Origin: Cyanophora paradoxa CCMP329
Taxonomy: Eukaryota > Plantae > Glaucophyta
Length of the DNA: 64,000 nucleotides
Assembly (NCBI GenBank): GCA_004431415.1
Contig: QPMI01000241.1
Coordinates: forward strand, 1 to 64,000
Direction: 5' to 3'
Positions 22,801 to 36,300 of this stretch are shown here, in pieces. Positions within the stretch are counted from its first letter, which is position 1. The number at the start of each line of letters is the position of its first letter. The position numbers were made by a program, and so were the translations under genes. The notes under the pieces were generated by a model. That model had not been told where the DNA came from. It did no database searches and saw only the letters and a program-made list of their open reading frames with translations.

Positions 22801-25800
22801 CACTGATCATGAGCGTGATGATCTCTTGTCATTCAATTTAAACAGATCCGAGGCTGCGCTGCCCTGCAACTTGGCACAAATGAAGTGTTGGCAATTGGGG
22901 CCCACTATTGCTTGGCGAGGCACCAGCACCTTTTCAGCGCTTGCCACTATTAAAATCAAATCTAGCGCCTTTGATATAGTCCAGGTACGCTTCTCCAGTC
23001 AGTGAAAAGGCCGGGATCTTTTCCTGGCTTCATGATCAATTCTCATGATCATCATGAACACTGCATGCATGGGTGCTCAGATCCTCACTGCGAGCCAAAT
23101 TGAAACTCGGGGCCCATATTGCATACGCCCGCGAGCATGCTGTTGGGGGTTCTCGAGGGCGCTGGATTTGATTATGAAGTCGGTTGAAGACAGATCCGAG
23201 GCTGCGCTGCCCTGCAACTTGGCACAAATGAAGTGTTGGCAATTGGGGCCCACTATTGCTTGGCGAGGCACCAGCACCTTTTCAGCGCTTGCCACTATTA
23301 AAATCAAATCTAGCGCCTTTGATATAGTCCAGGTACGCTTCTCCAGTCAGTGAAAAGGCCGGGATCTTTTCCTGGCTTCATGATCAATTCTCATGATCAT
23401 CATGAACACTGCATGCATGGGTGCTCAGATCCTCACTGCGAGCCAAATTGAAACTCGGGGCCCATATTGCATACGCCCGCGAGCATGCTGTTGGGGGTTC
23501 TCGAGGGCGCTGGATTTGATTATGAAGTTGGTTTAAGACAGATCCGAGGCTGCGCTGCCCTGCAACTTGGCACAATTGCAAATGAAGTGTTGGCAATTGG
23601 GGCCCACTATTGCTTGGCGAGGCACCAGCACCTTTTCAGCGCTTGCCACTATTAAAATCAAATCTAGCGCCTTTGATATAGTCCAGGTACGCTTCTCCAG
23701 TCAGTGAAAAGGCCGGGATCTTTTCCTGGCTTCATGATCAATTCTCATGATCATCATGAACACTGCATGCATGGGTGCTCAGATCCTCACTGCGAGCCAA
23801 ATTGAAACTCGGGGCCCACATTGCATACGCCCGCGAGCATGCTGTTGGGGTTCTCGAGGGCGCTGGATTTGATTATGAAGTTGGTTTAAGACAGATCCGA
23901 GGCTGCGCTGCCCTGCAACTTGGCACAAATGAAGTGTTGGCAATTGGGGCCCACTATTGCTTGGCGAGGTACAAGCACCTTTTCAGCGCTTGCCACTATC
24001 AAAATCAATTCTAGCGTTTTTGATATAGCCTAGATACGCTTCTCCAGTCAGTGAAAAGGCCGGGATCTTTGCTGGGCCTCATGATCATGATCAGTGATCA
24101 TGATCATCATGAGCACTACACCGCCTGGCGACCCGCGCCACCGCCCGCCGCGCCTCCGCTCCGCCCCGCGAGCCGCGCCGCCACCCTGAGCCCCCGCCCC
24201 GTCCGACGAGCCGCGTCGCCGCCCGACGCGTTTCCGCCCCGCCCCGCGAGCCGCGGCGCCGCTCGCCGCGCCCCGCCCCGCCCGGCGACCCGCGCCGCCG
24301 CCCGCAGCGCCTCCGACCTGCCCGGCGGGCCGCGCCTCCGCCCGCCGCGCTCCGCCCGCCCCGCGAGCCGCGGCGCCGCCCGCCGCGCCTCCGCCCCGCC
24401 CGCGAGCCGCGCCTCCGCCCGCCACGCCTCCGCCCTGCCCGGCGAGCCGCGCCTCCGCTCGCCGCGCCTCCGCCCCGCCCGCGAGCCGCGGCGCCGCCGC
24501 CGCGCCCCCGCCCCGCCCGCGAGCTGCGCCGCCACCCGCTGAGCCCCGCCCTGCCCGGAAAGCCGAGTCGCTGCCCGACGCGCCTCCGCCCCGTCCGGCG
24601 AGCCGCGTCGCCGCCCGCCGAGCCTCCGTCCCGCCCGCGAGCTGCGCCGCCGCCCCCGCGCCCCCGCCCCGCCCAGTGAGCCGCGCCGCCACCCTGCCCG
24701 GAGAGCCGCGCTCGCCGCGTCTCCACCTGGCCGGAGGGAGCTGTGCCACCACCGCTGTCTCGCTGAACCCGCCAGGCAAGTTAAGCGGGGGAGAGAGGGG
24801 GAGGGAGGGAGAGCCGTGGGCGAGGGGAGGGCATACTCCGAGGGCGCTTCGGCGCGGCGGCGGCAGGGCTCTTGCGGCCGCGGGGTGCACAGGCAGCCGC
24901 GAGGGCGGGCGCGGGGCGCTTGTCGTTGTGCGGCGCGGCGGGGGCGGCGGGGCGCTCGAAGATCCTCTCCCGCGGCAGCGGGACGCCTCGAAAATTCAAA
25001 ATCCTCGAGAGCTGCGAGGGCGTCAGCAGCAGGCAGGCCGGGCTGTGCCGGGCAGGGCGCTCGGCACGGCGCACCGTCTCTGCGGGCGGGGCGAAAGCGA
25101 CGGGGCGGGGCGGGGCGACGGCGACGGGGCCGGGCGAAGCGACAGCGCCGGGGCGGGCCGGGAGCCGGCGGGGCTGCACGGGGCTGCACGGGGCGTGCGC
25201 CCCGGGCCGCCGCCCGCCGATCCTACGCCCCGCCGTGCAATCCATGCTGCCGCCCTCCGCTCCCTCCGACCATCGCCCCGGGACTCGATCATCCTGCGCG
25301 ACAGGAGCGCCTTGTCAGCGACGCGTACGCACACAGACCGCTCAACTCACCTCGTCTAGGCCTGAGCCTCACCAAGCTGTGGAAGAGGGGTCCAGAATTC
25401 GGAGCCTGGAGACGGCGCGCGCGATCCAGCGCCTGGAACGCAAGCAAGAATCGTGAGACATGCGTTCGCGCGCCGCTGACGCAAAGCTATGGTCCGGTGG
25501 CCCACCCCGGCGATGGCGACGCGCTCGGCAGGGCGCGCTCGCCGCCAGCGGCGTGCCGGCACTCCATCGCCCGCTACGAAGGAGAGATCAACAGCGAGAA
25601 GCGTGCGGCAGTTCGCCTGTCCCCCGTTCCCGGCCAGGCGGCCGCCGCACCTTGGCTCGGCTTGGGCGCAGGGCCAACCAACTGGCCGACGGGGCTCACC
25701 GCCGGCGATCCCTGCGAAATCGAGTGAGCTGTACGTCACGCGTGGAACGCGGAGGGCACGGCATAGACGCACGTCGTCGGTTTGTGGGAGGAAGGCAGGC

Positions 25801-27334
25801 CGTGAACGCAGCGCCGCACGGAAACACGGCCACGCCAGGGCATAGACATGCAGCTGCGAGAACACGGGCCACATGCGCCTAGCTATAGCTAACGAAAGGC
25901 CGCGCGCCGCATCTGCGAGCTTCCGCCAACGTGCTCGGCACCGCGGCCGAGCGAGCTGCGAAGGAGCATGGGACCGCTCAGGCTTCCTCGGAAAGCTGAG
26001 CCGAAGGGCGTCCTCAAGCATCCTCGATCGATATCGCTGTTGGTGTCGCTGCCGCTTTCGCCCAACAGCTGTGTACCCCGAATTCCGCGGCCTTGCACTT
26101 TGAAGAGCACGCAGGGCAAGAACTGGCTGCGGCCTCCAGCACGGGACGCAATGCAATCTCGGTGCGTCGGCGCTGGGCTCTCCACCGCAGCGCATCCTGG
26201 TCTCCCTTACTCCACAATTTCAAACAGGTCAAACGGAGTCCGCACAGCTGCCGCGAACTTGACGAGCCTCGAGCGCGAACGACGTTCGAAGGTGCCTACT
26301 TGCATCCTCTCGCGTCCCCGCCTGTCGCCGGCCTGATTTCAAACGCAGAGCGATGCCCCAGGGCGGCGGGCGCCGCTCGTGGCGAAGAGCGCTCGTGTAC
26401 GCGTCGTTCTTGCCTCTTCAAGCGCCCTTGATCTGCATTCTTAGCCCGGCCGCCGCCGCCAAGTGTTCCTTCTTTTGGTCGGCTCGCGCAGAAAGGAGAA
26501 GGCGGCTGCCGATGCGAAGCAAGGTGCTTTTTCGTTTCATCTCCTTTGCCCCAATCCCTCATTCCGCTGGCGGTCCAGGGAACGGGGTGACTGGCCCGCG
26601 CGAGCAGAGCACCACCATCCAGTTCGCCTAGCGTCTTCTCCCGCAGGCCAGGTGCTCGCTCTTGTTTCCGCTACTCTCGCGTTGATGTTTTTGTGACGCC
26701 GGCCGCGTGCGCAGCGGAGCGGGTGCCGTTCTCGGACGCGTGGCTTCTGGACGGCCGCGGCCTCGGAGTTCTTGTGCTTGCGGCCGCTGGGGCGCAGGTG
26801 CGGCAGGTGCGGTCGTTTGCCGGCGCGCATTCTTCTCTTCTTTCGGTTGACGCTCCGAGCTCAGCGAGCGCTGCGCCGTCGCGGCGACCGCGTTCCGGGC
26901 GCTCTCAATCTCGGTGTGGGCGCTCGGCGACAGGTGCGGTCTGTTTATTGGCGCGCGTTCTCTCTTCTTTTGATTGAGATTCCTCTCCGTGCGCAGCGAG
27001 CGCTCTGCCTTCGACGTCGGGCACGGGCAAGGGATGCTGGAAGCGGGGACGGGCCTCCTGCTCTCTCCTTGCTGCGGTGCGCAGACGTCCCTTGCTTCCA
27101 CTTCTCTCTTTATGCTAGGAGCCCGCTTATCCTGATGCGCGCAGCGCAGCGAGCGCGGCGACGTTCCGCAGCGAGTGCGGCGAGGGCGCATTCTGCCTGG
27201 GCCGGAGGCGGGCTGCTGGCGATCGGCTGGGCATGCGCAGGCGGCGGACGATGCCGCAGGCAGGACAGCAGTACTACCTGCTGTTCGGCAGCTGATTGCA
27301 GTTAAACGTTAGTTTTCCTTTTCTCGGCAACTAG
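19852..27334. repeat. Long internal inverted repeat (arms ~19852-22810 and ~24085-27334)
   Basis: The same ORF texts appear on opposite strands (e.g. 20604..20837- vs 26463..26696+). Arm ends are CTAGTTGCCGAGAAAA / TTTTCTCGGCAACTAG. Confidence 0.9.
22843..24070. repeat. ~348-bp tandem repeat x3.5 in the loop of the fold-back element
   Basis: CAGATCCGAGGCTGCGCTGCCC starts at 22843, 23191, 23539 and 23892. Confidence 0.92.
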
Positions 27335-30300
27335 CGCGGGGGACGACGCCGCTTGCAGGTCATTGCGTATTGTGTAAAGCCCTTACAGCCTAAGTTGCAG
27401 GCGGGGCAGATTGGGGCAGATGAGCTCGAGGGCGCCGCGCACGATCGGCCACGAGGCCGCTAGCTGTTTCACAGTGTGCGCACATCTACACGAGGGCGCC
27501 GCGCGGGCTCGGGATTGGCCCCACGAGGGCGCTGAGCTGTGTGCGCATGCGCACATGTACTACGGTACGACCTAGGGGCGCCGGCGCCACGCGTACGCGT
27601 GCCCCGTCGAGCTTGACGACCGACTCTCTCTCTCGGCGAGCTCGCCGAGTCGAGCCGCGTCGAGCTCAGGCCCATAGCAACGAGCTCGACGACCGTCGAC
27701 CGGTACCGGCCACGCTGCTGGCTATAGCTACGTATACGCCGGCGCAGTGCGTCGGACACTGCGTCCAGCTGCGTCGAGCGGCGCAGTGCGTCAAACTTCG
27801 AGTGCGTCGAGCGACGCAGTTTCGTGAAACTTGGCGCACTGCTTGAAACTGCGTGGAGATTTCGAGCAGTGCTTCATTTCCGACGCAATGCTTGAAATTC
27901 CCACGCAATGCTTGAAATTTCCGACGCAATGCGTGGGTGAGCCAAAAGTGCCGGGGTAGCGGACGGGCTCGCTGGCGAGCGGCGCGATCGCGGCGGGGGC
28001 GACGAGCGCCGACGTGACGGTCTCGGGGCTCCCCGAGATGAGCGCCTCGTACGAGATCGCGTGCAGCGGCGCGAAGCTGACGGCGAACGCTGGAACCGTG
28101 ACGGGCGCGGCTCCGACCTTCACGCCAGGCGCGGCGGCGACCACGGCGAGCTCGAACTCGGGGACGGTGGACTCGCTGTTCGGTGCGCAAGCCCGGGGTC
28201 GGAATAGAGCCGCGGGGCGCCTCGCTGGGGGCCCTGACCCGCGCTCGCAGCCAAGTCGGTGGCGACGCCGTCGGTGGCGGTCTCGTTGAGCGGGGCGACG
28301 GCGGTTTCGGCGGCAGTGTCCTGGAGCACGACGGGGGCGTCGAGCAGGGAGCCAACGTACGCGAACGTGACCGTGAGCTGCTCGAGCGACGGCGCGGCGG
28401 GCTCTGCGTCGACGGCGGCGGTGACGTCGGGCGCGGGGACGGGCTCGGCCACTGTGGAGGTCAGCGCGGGCTCCGGGACGTGGGATACGGCGTCGCACGT
28501 GACGAGCTGCGCGGCGACGGTGTACTACTCGTACGCGGGGGCGGCGTCGAGCGCCACAGCGTACTCGACGGGTGCGCGGGGCGGGGCGGGCGAGGGGCCA
28601 GGGGCGGGGGCTGATGCGGGGGCGTGGGGCGCAGTGGACGCAAAGACGGTGGCGAGCGTGGCGGTGGGACGCCGACCCCGGAGTCGACGACGTCGGTGAC
28701 GGTGCCCGTGACCTGGGCGCTGTCGGCGGCGGGGTACAGCGGGAGCGGCGTGGCGCCGACGTACGGGGCGCTGGAGGTGAGCTGCTCTGGGGCGGGCGTG
28801 ACGCGGACGGGCTCGCTGGCGAGCGGCGCGATCGCGGCGGGGGCGACGAGCGCCGACGTGACGGTCTCGGGGCTCCCCGAGATGAGCGCCTCGTACGAGA
28901 TCACGTGCAGCGGCGCGAGGCTGACGGCGAACGCTGGACCGTGACGGGCGCGGCGCCGACCTTCACGCCAGGCGCGGCGGCGACCACGGCGAGCTCGAAC
29001 TCGGGGACGGTGGACTCGCTGTTCGGTGCGCAAGCCCGGGGTCGGAATAGAGCCGCGGGGCGCCTCGCTGGGGGCCCTGACCCGCGCTCGCAGCCAAGTC
29101 GGTGGCGACGCCGTCGGTGGCGGTCTCGTTGAGCGGGGCGACGGCGGTTTCGGCGGCAGTGTCCTGGAGCACGACGCGGGCGTCGAGCAGGGAGCCAACG
29201 TACGCGAACGTGACCGTGAGCTGCTCGAGCGACGGCGCGGCGGGCTCTGCGTCGACGGCGGCGGTGACGTCGGGCGCGGGGACGGGCTCGGCCACTGTGG
29301 AGGTCAGCGCGGGCTCCGGGACGTGGGATACGGCGTCGCACGTGACGAGCTGCGCGGCGACGGTGTACTACTCGTACGCGGGGGCGGCGTCGAGCGCCAC
29401 AGCGTACTCGACGGGTGCGCGGGGCGGGGCGGGCGAGGGGCCAGAGGCGGGGCTGATGCGGGGGCGCGGGGCGCAGTGGACGCAAAGACGGTGGCGAGCG
29501 TGGCGGTGGGGACGCCGACCCCGGAGTCGACGACGTCGGTGACGGTGCCCGTGACCTGGGCGCTGTCGGCGGCGGGGTACAGCGGGAGCGGCGTGGCGCC
29601 GACGTACGGGGCGCTGGAGGTGAGCTGCTCTGGGGCGGGCGTGACGCGGACGGGCTCGCTGGCGAGCGGCGCGATCGCGGCGGGGGCGACGAGCGCCGAC
29701 GTGACGGTCTCGGGGCTCCCGAGATGAGCGCCTCGTACGAGATCACGTGCAGCGGCGCGAAGCTGACGGCGAACGCTGGAACCGTGACGGGCGCGGCGCC
29801 GACCTTCACGCCAGGCGCGGCGGCGACCACGGCGAGCTCGAACTCGGAGACGGTGGACTCGCTGTTCGGTGCGCAAGCCCGGGGTCGGAATAGAGCCGCG
29901 GGGCGCCTCGCTGGGGCCCTGACCCGCGCTCGCAGCCAAGTCGGTGGCGACGCCGTCGGTGGCGGTCTCGTTGAGCGGGGCGACGGCGGTTTCGGCGGCA
30001 GTGTCCTGGAGCACGACGGGGCGTCGAGCAGGGAGCCAACGTACGCGAACGTGACCGTGAGCTGCTCGAGCGACGGCGCGGCGGGCTCTGCGTCGACGGC
30101 GGCGGTGACGTCGGGCGCGGGGACGGGCTCGGCCACTGTGGAGGTCAGCGCGGGCTCCGGGACGTGGGATACGGCGTCGCACGTGACGAGCTGCGCGGCG
30201 ACGGTGTACTACTCGTACGCGGGGGCGGCGTCGAGCGCCACAGCGTACTCGACGGGTGCGCGGGCGGGGCGGGCGAGGGGCCAGGGCGGGGGCTGATGCG

Positions 30301-33300
30301 GGGGCGTGGGGCGCAGTGGACGCAAAGACGGTGGCGAGCGTGGCGGTGGGGACGCCGACCCCGGAGTCGACGACGTCGGTGACGGTGCCCGTGACCTGGG
30401 CGCTGTCGGCGGCGGGGTACAGCGGGAGCGGCGTGGCGCCGACGTACGGGGCGCTGGAGGTGAGCTGCTCTGGGGCGGGCGTGACGCGGACGGGCTCGCT
30501 GGCGAGCGGCGCGATCGCGGCGGGGGTGACGAGCGCCGACGTGACGGTCTCGGGGCTCCCGAGATGAGCGCCTCGTACGAGATCACGTGCAGCGGCGCGA
30601 AGCTGACGGCGAACGCTGGAACCGTGACGGGCGCGGCGCCGACCTTCACGCCAGGCGCGGCGGCGACCACGGCGAGCTCGAACTCGGGGACGGTGGACTC
30701 GCTGTTCGGTGCGCAAGCCCGGGGTCGGAATAGAGCCGCGGGGCGCCTCGCTGGGGGCCTGACCCGCGCTCGCAGCCAAGTCGGTGGCGACGCCGTCGGT
30801 GGCGGTCTCGTTGAGCGGGGCGACGGCGGTTTCGGCGGCAGTGTCCTGGAGCACGACGGGGCGTCGAGCAGGGAGCCAACGTACGCGAACGTGACCGTGA
30901 GCTGCTCGAGCGACGGCGCGGCGGGCTCTGCGTCGACGGCGGCGGTGACGTCGGGCGCGGGGACGGGCTCGGCCACTGTGGAGGTCAGCGCGGGCTCCGG
31001 GACGTGGGATACGGCGTCGCACGTGACGAGCTGCGCGGCGACGGTGTACTACTCGTACGCGGGGGCGGCGTCGAGCGCCACAGCGTACTCGACGGGTGCG
31101 CGGGGCGGGGCGGGCGAGGGGCCAGGGCGGGGGCTGATGCGAGGGCGCGGGGCGCAGTGGACGCAAAGACGGTGGCGAGCGTGGCGGTGGGGACGCCAAC
31201 CCCGGCGTCGACGACGTCGGTGACGGTGCCCGTGACCTGGGCGCTGTCGGCGGCGGGGTACAGCGGGAGCGGCGTGGCGCCGACGTACGGGGCGCTGGAG
31301 GTGAGCTGCTCTGGGGCGGGCGTGACGCGGACGGGCTCGCTGGCGAGCGGCGCGATCGCGGCGGGGGCGACGAGCGCCGACGTGACGGTCTCGGGGCTCC
31401 CCGAGATGAGCGCCTCGTACGAGATCACGTGCAGCGGCGCGAGGCTGACGGCGAACGCTGGAACCGTGACGGGCGCGGCGCCGACCTTCACGCCAGGCGC
31501 GGCGGCGACCACGGCGAGCTCGAACTCGGGGACGGTGGACTCGCTGTTCGGTGCGCAAGCCCGGGGTCGGAATAGAGCCGCGGGGCGCCTCGCTGGGGGC
31601 CTGACCCGCGCTCGCAGCCAAGTCGGTGGCGACGCCGTCGGTGGCGGTCTCGTTGAGCGGGGCGACGGCGGTTTCGGCGGCAGTGTCCTGGAGCACGACG
31701 GGGGCGTCGAGCAGGGAGCCAACGTACGCGAACGTGACCGTGAGCTGCTCGAGCGACGGCGCGGCGGGCTCTGCGTCGACGGCGGCGGTGACGTCGGGCG
31801 CGGGGACGGGCTCGGCCACTGTGGAGGTCAGCGCGGGCTCCGGGACGTGGGATACGGCGTCGCACGTGACGAGCTGCGCGGCGACGGTGTACTACTCGTA
31901 CGCGGGGGCGGCGTCGAGCGCCACAGCGTACTCGACGGGTGCGCGGGGCGGGGCGGGCGAGGGGCCAGAGGCGGGGGCTGATGCGGGGGCGCGGGGCGCA
32001 GTGGACGCAAAGACGGTGGCGAGCGTGGCGGTGGGGACGCCGACCCCGGAGTCGACGACGTCGGTGACGGTGCCCGTGACCTGGGCGCTGTCGGCGGCGG
32101 GGTACAGCGGGAGCGGCGTGGCGCCGACGTACGGGGCGCTGGAGGTGAGCTGCTCTGGGGCGGGCGTGACGCGGACGGGCTCGCTGGCGAGCGGCGCGAT
32201 CGCGGCGGGGGCGACGAGCGCCGACGTGACGGTCTCGGGGCTCCCCGAGATGAGCGCCTCGTACGAGATCACGTGCAGCGGCGCGAAGCTGACGGCGAAC
32301 GCTGGAACCGTGACGGGCGCGGCGCCGACCTTCACGCCAGGCGCGGCGGCGACCACGGCGAGCTCGAACTCGGAGACGGTGGACTCGCTGTTCGGTGCGC
32401 AAGCCCGGGGTCGGAATAGAGCCGCGGGGCGCCTCGCTGGGGGCCCTGACCCGCGCTCGCAGCCAAGTCGGTGGCGACGCCGTCGGTGGCGGTCTCGTTG
32501 AGCGGGGCGACGGCGGTTTCGGCGGCAGTGTCCTGGAGCACGACGGGGGCGTCGAGCAGGGAGCCAACGTACGCGAACGTGACCGTGAGCTGCTCGAGCG
32601 ACGGCGCGGCGGGCTCTGCGTCGACGGCGGCGGTGACGTCGGGCGCGGGGACGGGCTCGGCCACTGTGGAGGTCAGCGCGGGCTCCGGGACGTGGGATAC
32701 GGCGTCGCACGTGACGAGCTGCGCGGCGACGGTGTACTACTCGTACGCGGGGGCGGCGTCGAGCGCCACAGCGTACTCGACGGGTGCGCGGGGCGGGGCG
32801 GGCGAGGGGCCAGGGGCGGGGGCTGATGCGGGGGCGTGGGGCGCAGTGGACGCAAAGACGGTGGCGAGCGTGGCGGTGGGGACGCCGACCCCGGAGTCGA
32901 CGACGTCGGTGACGGTGCCCGTGACCTGGGCGCTGTCGGCGGCGGGGTACAGCGGGAGCGGCGTGGCGCCGACGTACGGGGCGCTGGAGGTGAGCTGCTC
33001 TGGGGCGGGCGTGACGCGGACGGGCTCGCTGGCGAGCGGCGCGATCGCGGCGGGGGTGACGAGCGCCGACGTGACGGTCTCGGGGCTCCCCGAGATGAGC
33101 GCCTCGTACGAGATCACGTGCAGCGGCGCGAAGCTGACGGCGAACGCTGGAACCGTGACGGGCGCGGCGCCGACCTTCACGCCAGGCGCGGCGGCGACCA
33201 CGGCGAGCTCGAACTCGGGACGGTGGACTCGCTGTTCGGTGCGCAAGCCCGGGGTCGGAATAGAGCCGCGGGGCGCCTCGCTGGGGCCCTGACCCGCGCT

Positions 33301-36300
33301 CGCAGCCAAGTCGGTGGCGACGCCGTCGGTGGCGGTCTCGTTGAGCGGGGCGACGGCGGTTTCGGCGGCAGTGTCCTGGAGCACGACGGGGGCGTCGAGC
33401 AGGGAGCCAACGTACGCGAACGTGACCGTGAGCTGCTCGAGCGACGGCGCGGCGGCTCTGCGTCGACGGCGGCGGTGACGTCGGGCGCGGGGACGGGCTC
33501 GGCCACTGTGGAGGTCAGCGCGGGCTCCGGGACGTGGGATACGGCGTCGCACGTGACGAGCTGCGCGCGACGGTGTACTACTCGTACGCGGGGGCGGCGT
33601 CGAGCGCCACAGCGTACTCGACGGGTGCGCGGGGCGGGGCGGGCGAGGGGCAGGGGCGGGGCTGATGCGGGGCGCGGGGCGCAGTGGACGCAAAGACGGT
33701 GGCGAGCGTGGCGGTGGGGACGCCGACCCCGGAGTCGACGACGTCGGTGACGGTGCCCGTGACCTGGGCGCTGTCGGCGGCGGGGTACAGCGGGAGCGGC
33801 GTGGCGCCGACGTACGGGGCGCTGGAGGTGAGCTGCTCTGGGGCGGGCGTGACGCGGACGGGCTCGCTGGCGAGCGGCGCGATCGCGGCGGGGGTGACGA
33901 GCGCCGACGTGACGGTCTCGGGGCTCCCCGAGATGAGCGCCTCGTACGAGATCACGTGCAGCGGCGCGAAGCTGACGGCGAACGCTGGAACCGTGACGGG
34001 CGCGGCGCCGACCTTCACGCCAGGCGCGGCGGCGACCACGGCGAGCTCGAACTCGGGGACGGTGGACTCGCTGTTCGGTGCGCAAGCCCGGGGTCGGAAT
34101 AGAGCCGCGGGGCGCCTCGCTGGGGGCCCTGACCCGCGCTCGCAGCCAAGTCGGTGGCGACGCCGTCGGTGGCGGTCTCGTTGAGCGGGGCGACGGCGGT
34201 TTCGGCGGCAGTGTCCTGGAGCACGACGGGGGCGTCGAGCAGGGAGCCAACGTACGCGAACGTGACCGTGAGCTGCTCGAGCGACGGCGCGGCGGGCTCT
34301 GCGTCGACGGCGGCGGTGACGTCGGGCGCGGGGACGGGCTCGGCCACTGTGGAGGTCAGCGCGGGCTCCGGGACGTGGGATACGGCGTCGCACGTGACGA
34401 GCTGCGCGGCAACGGTGTACTACTCGTACGCGGGGGCGGCGTCGAGCGCCACAGCGTACTCGACGGGTGCGCGGGGCGGGGCGGGCGAGGGGCCAGGGGC
34501 GGGGGCTGATGCGGGGGCGCGGGGCGCAGTGGACGCAAAGACGGTGGCGAGCGTGGCGGTGGGGACGCCGACCCGGAGTCGACGACGTCGGTGACGGTGC
34601 CCGTGACCTGGGCGCTGTCGGCGGCGGGGTACAGCGGGAGCGGCGTGGCGCCGACGTACGGGGCGCTGGAGGTGAGCTGCTCTGGGGCGGGCGTGACGCG
34701 GACGGGCTCGCTGGCGAGCGGCGCGATCGCGGCGGGGGCAACGAGCGCCGACGTGACGGTCTCGGGGCTCCCCGAGATGAGCGCCTCGTACGAGATCACG
34801 TGCAGCGGCGCGAAGCTGACGGCGAACGCTGGAACCGTGACGGGCGCGGCGCCGACCTTCACGCCAGGCGCGGCGGCGACCACGGCGAGCTCGAACTCGG
34901 GGACGGTGGACTCGCTGTTCGGTGCGCAAGCCCGGGGTCGGAATAGAGCCGCGGGGCGCCTCGCTGGGGGCCCTGACCCGCGCTCGCAGCCAAGTCGGTG
35001 GCGACGCCGTCGGTGGCGGTCTCGTTGAGCGGGGCGACGGCGGTTTCGGCGGCAGCTGCAGTGTCCTGGAGCACGACGGGGGCGTCGAGCAGGGAGCCAA
35101 CGTACGCGAACGTGACCGTGAGCTGCTCGAGCGACGGCGCGGCGGGCTCTGCGTCGACGGCGGCGGTGACGTCGGGCGCGGGGACGGGCTCGGCCACTGT
35201 GGAGGTCAGCGCGGGCTCCGGGACGTGGGATACGGCGTCGCACGTGACGAGCTGCGCGGCGACGGTGTACTACTCGTACGTGGGGGCGGCGTCGAGCGCC
35301 ACAGCGTACTCGACGGGTGCGCGGGGCGGGGCGGGCGAGGGGCCAGGGGCGGGGGCTGATGCGGGGGCGCGGGGCGCAGTGGACGCAAAGACGGTGGCGA
35401 GCGTGCGGTGGGGACGCCGACCCCGGAGTCGACGACGTCGGTGACGGTGCCCGTGACCTGGGCGCTGTCGGCGGCGGGGTACAGCGGGAGCGGCGTGGCG
35501 CCGACGTACGGGGCGCTGGAGGTGAGCTGCTCTGGGGCGGGCGTGACGCGGACGGGCTCGCTGGCGAGCGGCGCGATCGCGGCGGGGGCGACGAGCGCCG
35601 ACGTGACGGTCTCGGGGCTCCCCGAGATGAGCGCCTCGTACGAGATCACGTGCAGCGGCGCGAAGCTGACGGCGAACGCTGGAACCGTGACGGGCGCGGC
35701 GCCGACCTTCACGCCAGGCGCGGCGGCGACCACGGCGAGCTCGAACTCGGGACGGTGGACTCGCTGTTCGGTGCGCAAGCCCGGGGTCGGAATAGAGCCG
35801 CGGGGCGCCTCGCTGGGGGCCCTGACCCGCGCTCGCAGCCAAGTCGGTGGCGACGCCGTCGGTGGCGGTCTCGTTGAGCGGGGCGACGGCGGTTTCGGCG
35901 GCAGCTGCAGTGTCCTGGAGCACGACGGGGGCGTCGAGCAGGGAGCCAACGTACGCGAACGTGACCGTGAGCTGCTCGAGCGACGGCGCGGCGGGCTCTG
36001 CGTCGACGGCGGCGGTGACGTCGGGCGCGGGGACGGGCTCGGCCACTGTGGAGGTCAGCGCGGGCTCCGGGACGTGGGATACGGCGTCGCACGTGACGAG
36101 CTGCGCGGCGACGGTGTACTACTCGTACGCGGGGCGGCGTCGAGCGCCACAGCGTACTCGACGGGTGCGCGGGGCGGGGCGGGCGAGGGCCAGGGGCGGG
36201 GGCTGATGCGGGGGCGCGGGGCGCAGTGGACGCAAAGACGGTGGCGAGCGTGGCGGTGGGGACGCCGACCCCGGAGTCGACGACGTCGGTGACGGTGCCC

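Larger units (their letters stand above)
19262..27958. mobile_element. 8.7-kb fold-back (apparently non-autonomous) DNA transposon with 37-bp TIRs and 7-bp TSD
   Basis: TACCCCGGCACTTTTGGCTCACCCACGCATTGCGTCG at 19262 is inverted at the 27958 end. GCGGACG is duplicated at 19255-19261 and 27959-27965, and the other repeat units show the empty site. Subterminal CGCAATGCTTGAAA-like repeats at both ends. Confidence 0.93.

Noticed and set aside
19275-27850. Transposase gene inside the TIR element
   Set aside because: No DDE, HUH or tyrosine-recombinase motifs recognisable in any listed ORF; a heavily spliced gene cannot be fully excluded.
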